A stretch of DNA of 64,000 bases from a virus. This document shows, piece after piece, positions 63,216 to 64,000 of the stretch. Numbering within the stretch: the first letter of the stretch is position 1; each line of letters starts with the position of its first letter. The notes beneath the pieces are model-generated. The model saw only the letters and a list, made by a program, of their open reading frames with translations, was not told the DNA's origin and made no database searches. The position numbers and the translations under genes were made by a program. The stretch spans positions 1 to 64,000 of IMG/VR virus record IMGVR_UViG_3300045988_019695; one strand, given 5' to 3'.

Positions 63216-63354
63216 GATAAGCACGTAACCTTTAGCTGGAGTTACGCAGAACCAGTATTGGGTCCATGTGTCAGCTTACCATGGTAGCCTTTTATTTATA
63301 GTGTACACACATGGATGCCACTTTATTAAACTATAAAATTTAATTCAAAAAGTC

Positions 63355-63430
63355 GGAGTCTATGCAGGAGTCGAACCTGCTAACTATTCCCTTTGTATCG
63401 GGCCGTCTTTACCGTTTGACTAATAGACTC
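63355..63430 (-). tRNA. tRNA of unassigned isotype with atypical anticodon arm
   Basis: Acceptor GAGTCTA/TAGACTC perfect; T arm GCAGG-TTCGACT-CCTGC; D loop with GG; central region GGCCCGATACAAAGGG forms only a short CCC/GGG stem. Confidence 0.6.
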
Positions 63431-63439
63431 TAAAGGTGA

Positions 63440-63763
63440 TTACTTAGTACGAGTAATCCAATTCCATGCTCGCTTATACCAAGGCTTCTTAACCTTGTTC
63501 TCAACTCTAATAGCAGTACACTTTCTGTATACACCGCCATCATTTACGATTGCTGAACAATCCTCTGGCATAATATCCTTAAGTACAAGATCTGTAACAA
63601 TTGATGTAATTGTACAAATGTCATCATATGTAATCTTCATGCCATTCAAAATCTTCTGACCAACGAAGTTTCCTGCAATGTCTTCCATATTAACGGCATT
63701 AGTCATATCGATTGTATACTTAGGTCTCTTTACCTTGACTGTCTTCTTAATAGCTTTCTTCAT
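63440..63763 (-). CDS. Hypothetical protein
   Basis: Uninterrupted 107 aa ORF MKKAIKKTVKVKRPKYTIDMTNAVNMEDIAGNFVG.. Confidence 0.6.
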   Translation of the reverse strand: MKKAIKKTVKVKRPKYTIDMTNAVNMEDIAGNFVGQKILNGMKITYDDICTITSIVTDLVLKDIMPEDCSAIVNDGGVYRKCTAIRVENKVKKPWYKRAWNWITRTK

Positions 63764-63773
63764 AACTTAAATA

Positions 63774-64000
63774 TTAACATGATTCACAACAAACGTCTCC
63801 ACAACAAGCATCATCACAAACAAGGCTCTCAGACTTGCTCTTCTGCTTAGCTGCCCACTCTTCCTTTCTCTTCTGATCAGCAGCTTTAGCATTATCAATA
63901 GCCTTTAACCAATCTTCAGACTTAACTATCACAAAGTCTGCGCCGAGATCTTTGTCATAGAATGTAACAAGAATGTCGTTCTTCTTTGCATCTACTTCGA
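63774..64000 (-). CDS. Hypothetical protein (5' end outside window) with Cys-rich C-terminus
   Basis: Minus frame 0 reads EVDAKKNDILVTFYDKDLGADFVIVKSEDWLKAIDNAKAADQKRKEEWAAKQKSKSESLVCDDACCGDVCCESC, TAA at 63774. Confidence 0.6.
   Translation of the reverse strand, partial: EVDAKKNDILVTFYDKDLGADFVIVKSEDWLKAIDNAKAADQKRKEEWAAKQKSKSESLVCDDACCGDVCCESC

Overview
This window looks like part of a crAss-like bacteriophage genome, with every convincing gene on the minus strand. TAG (plus strand 'cta') is reassigned to glutamine. Read with TAG=Gln, the fragmented ORF track collapses into long genes that end only in TAA or TGA. The clearest case is the SF1 helicase motif V, AHKSQGST, whose conserved Q is encoded by TAG at 730..732. 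A candidate suppressor tRNA with anticodon CUA is present at 62983..63055. Gene order from right to left is: tRNA cluster, HNH endonuclease, dUTPase, head/tail fibre-type genes, large terminase, portal, GIY-YIG endonuclease, glucosaminidase-like gene, putative scaffold, and major capsid protein (MCP) split by a group I intron carrying a NUMOD4-HNH endonuclease. Next come neck/ring-type genes, a Cys/His-rich virion protein, a modular tail-fibre array, a DUF5675/holin/spanin lysis cassette, large tail/cargo genes, and one ORF of at least 5,416 codons. That ORF contains a zincin HEAFH motif, an RNA polymerase DFDID motif and an SF1 helicase. The most interesting items are the noncanonical suppressor tRNA (apparent C19-G56 swap), the HNH/dUTPase pair that is one continuous ORF under recoding, the split MCP gene, the protease-RNAP-helicase giant ORF, the duplicated tail-fibre N-terminal modules, and a structured noncoding region near 60.3-60.5 kb. 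All calls come from manual reading. No database search or folding program was run. Frame continuity of the longest genes was checked line by line only in samples.
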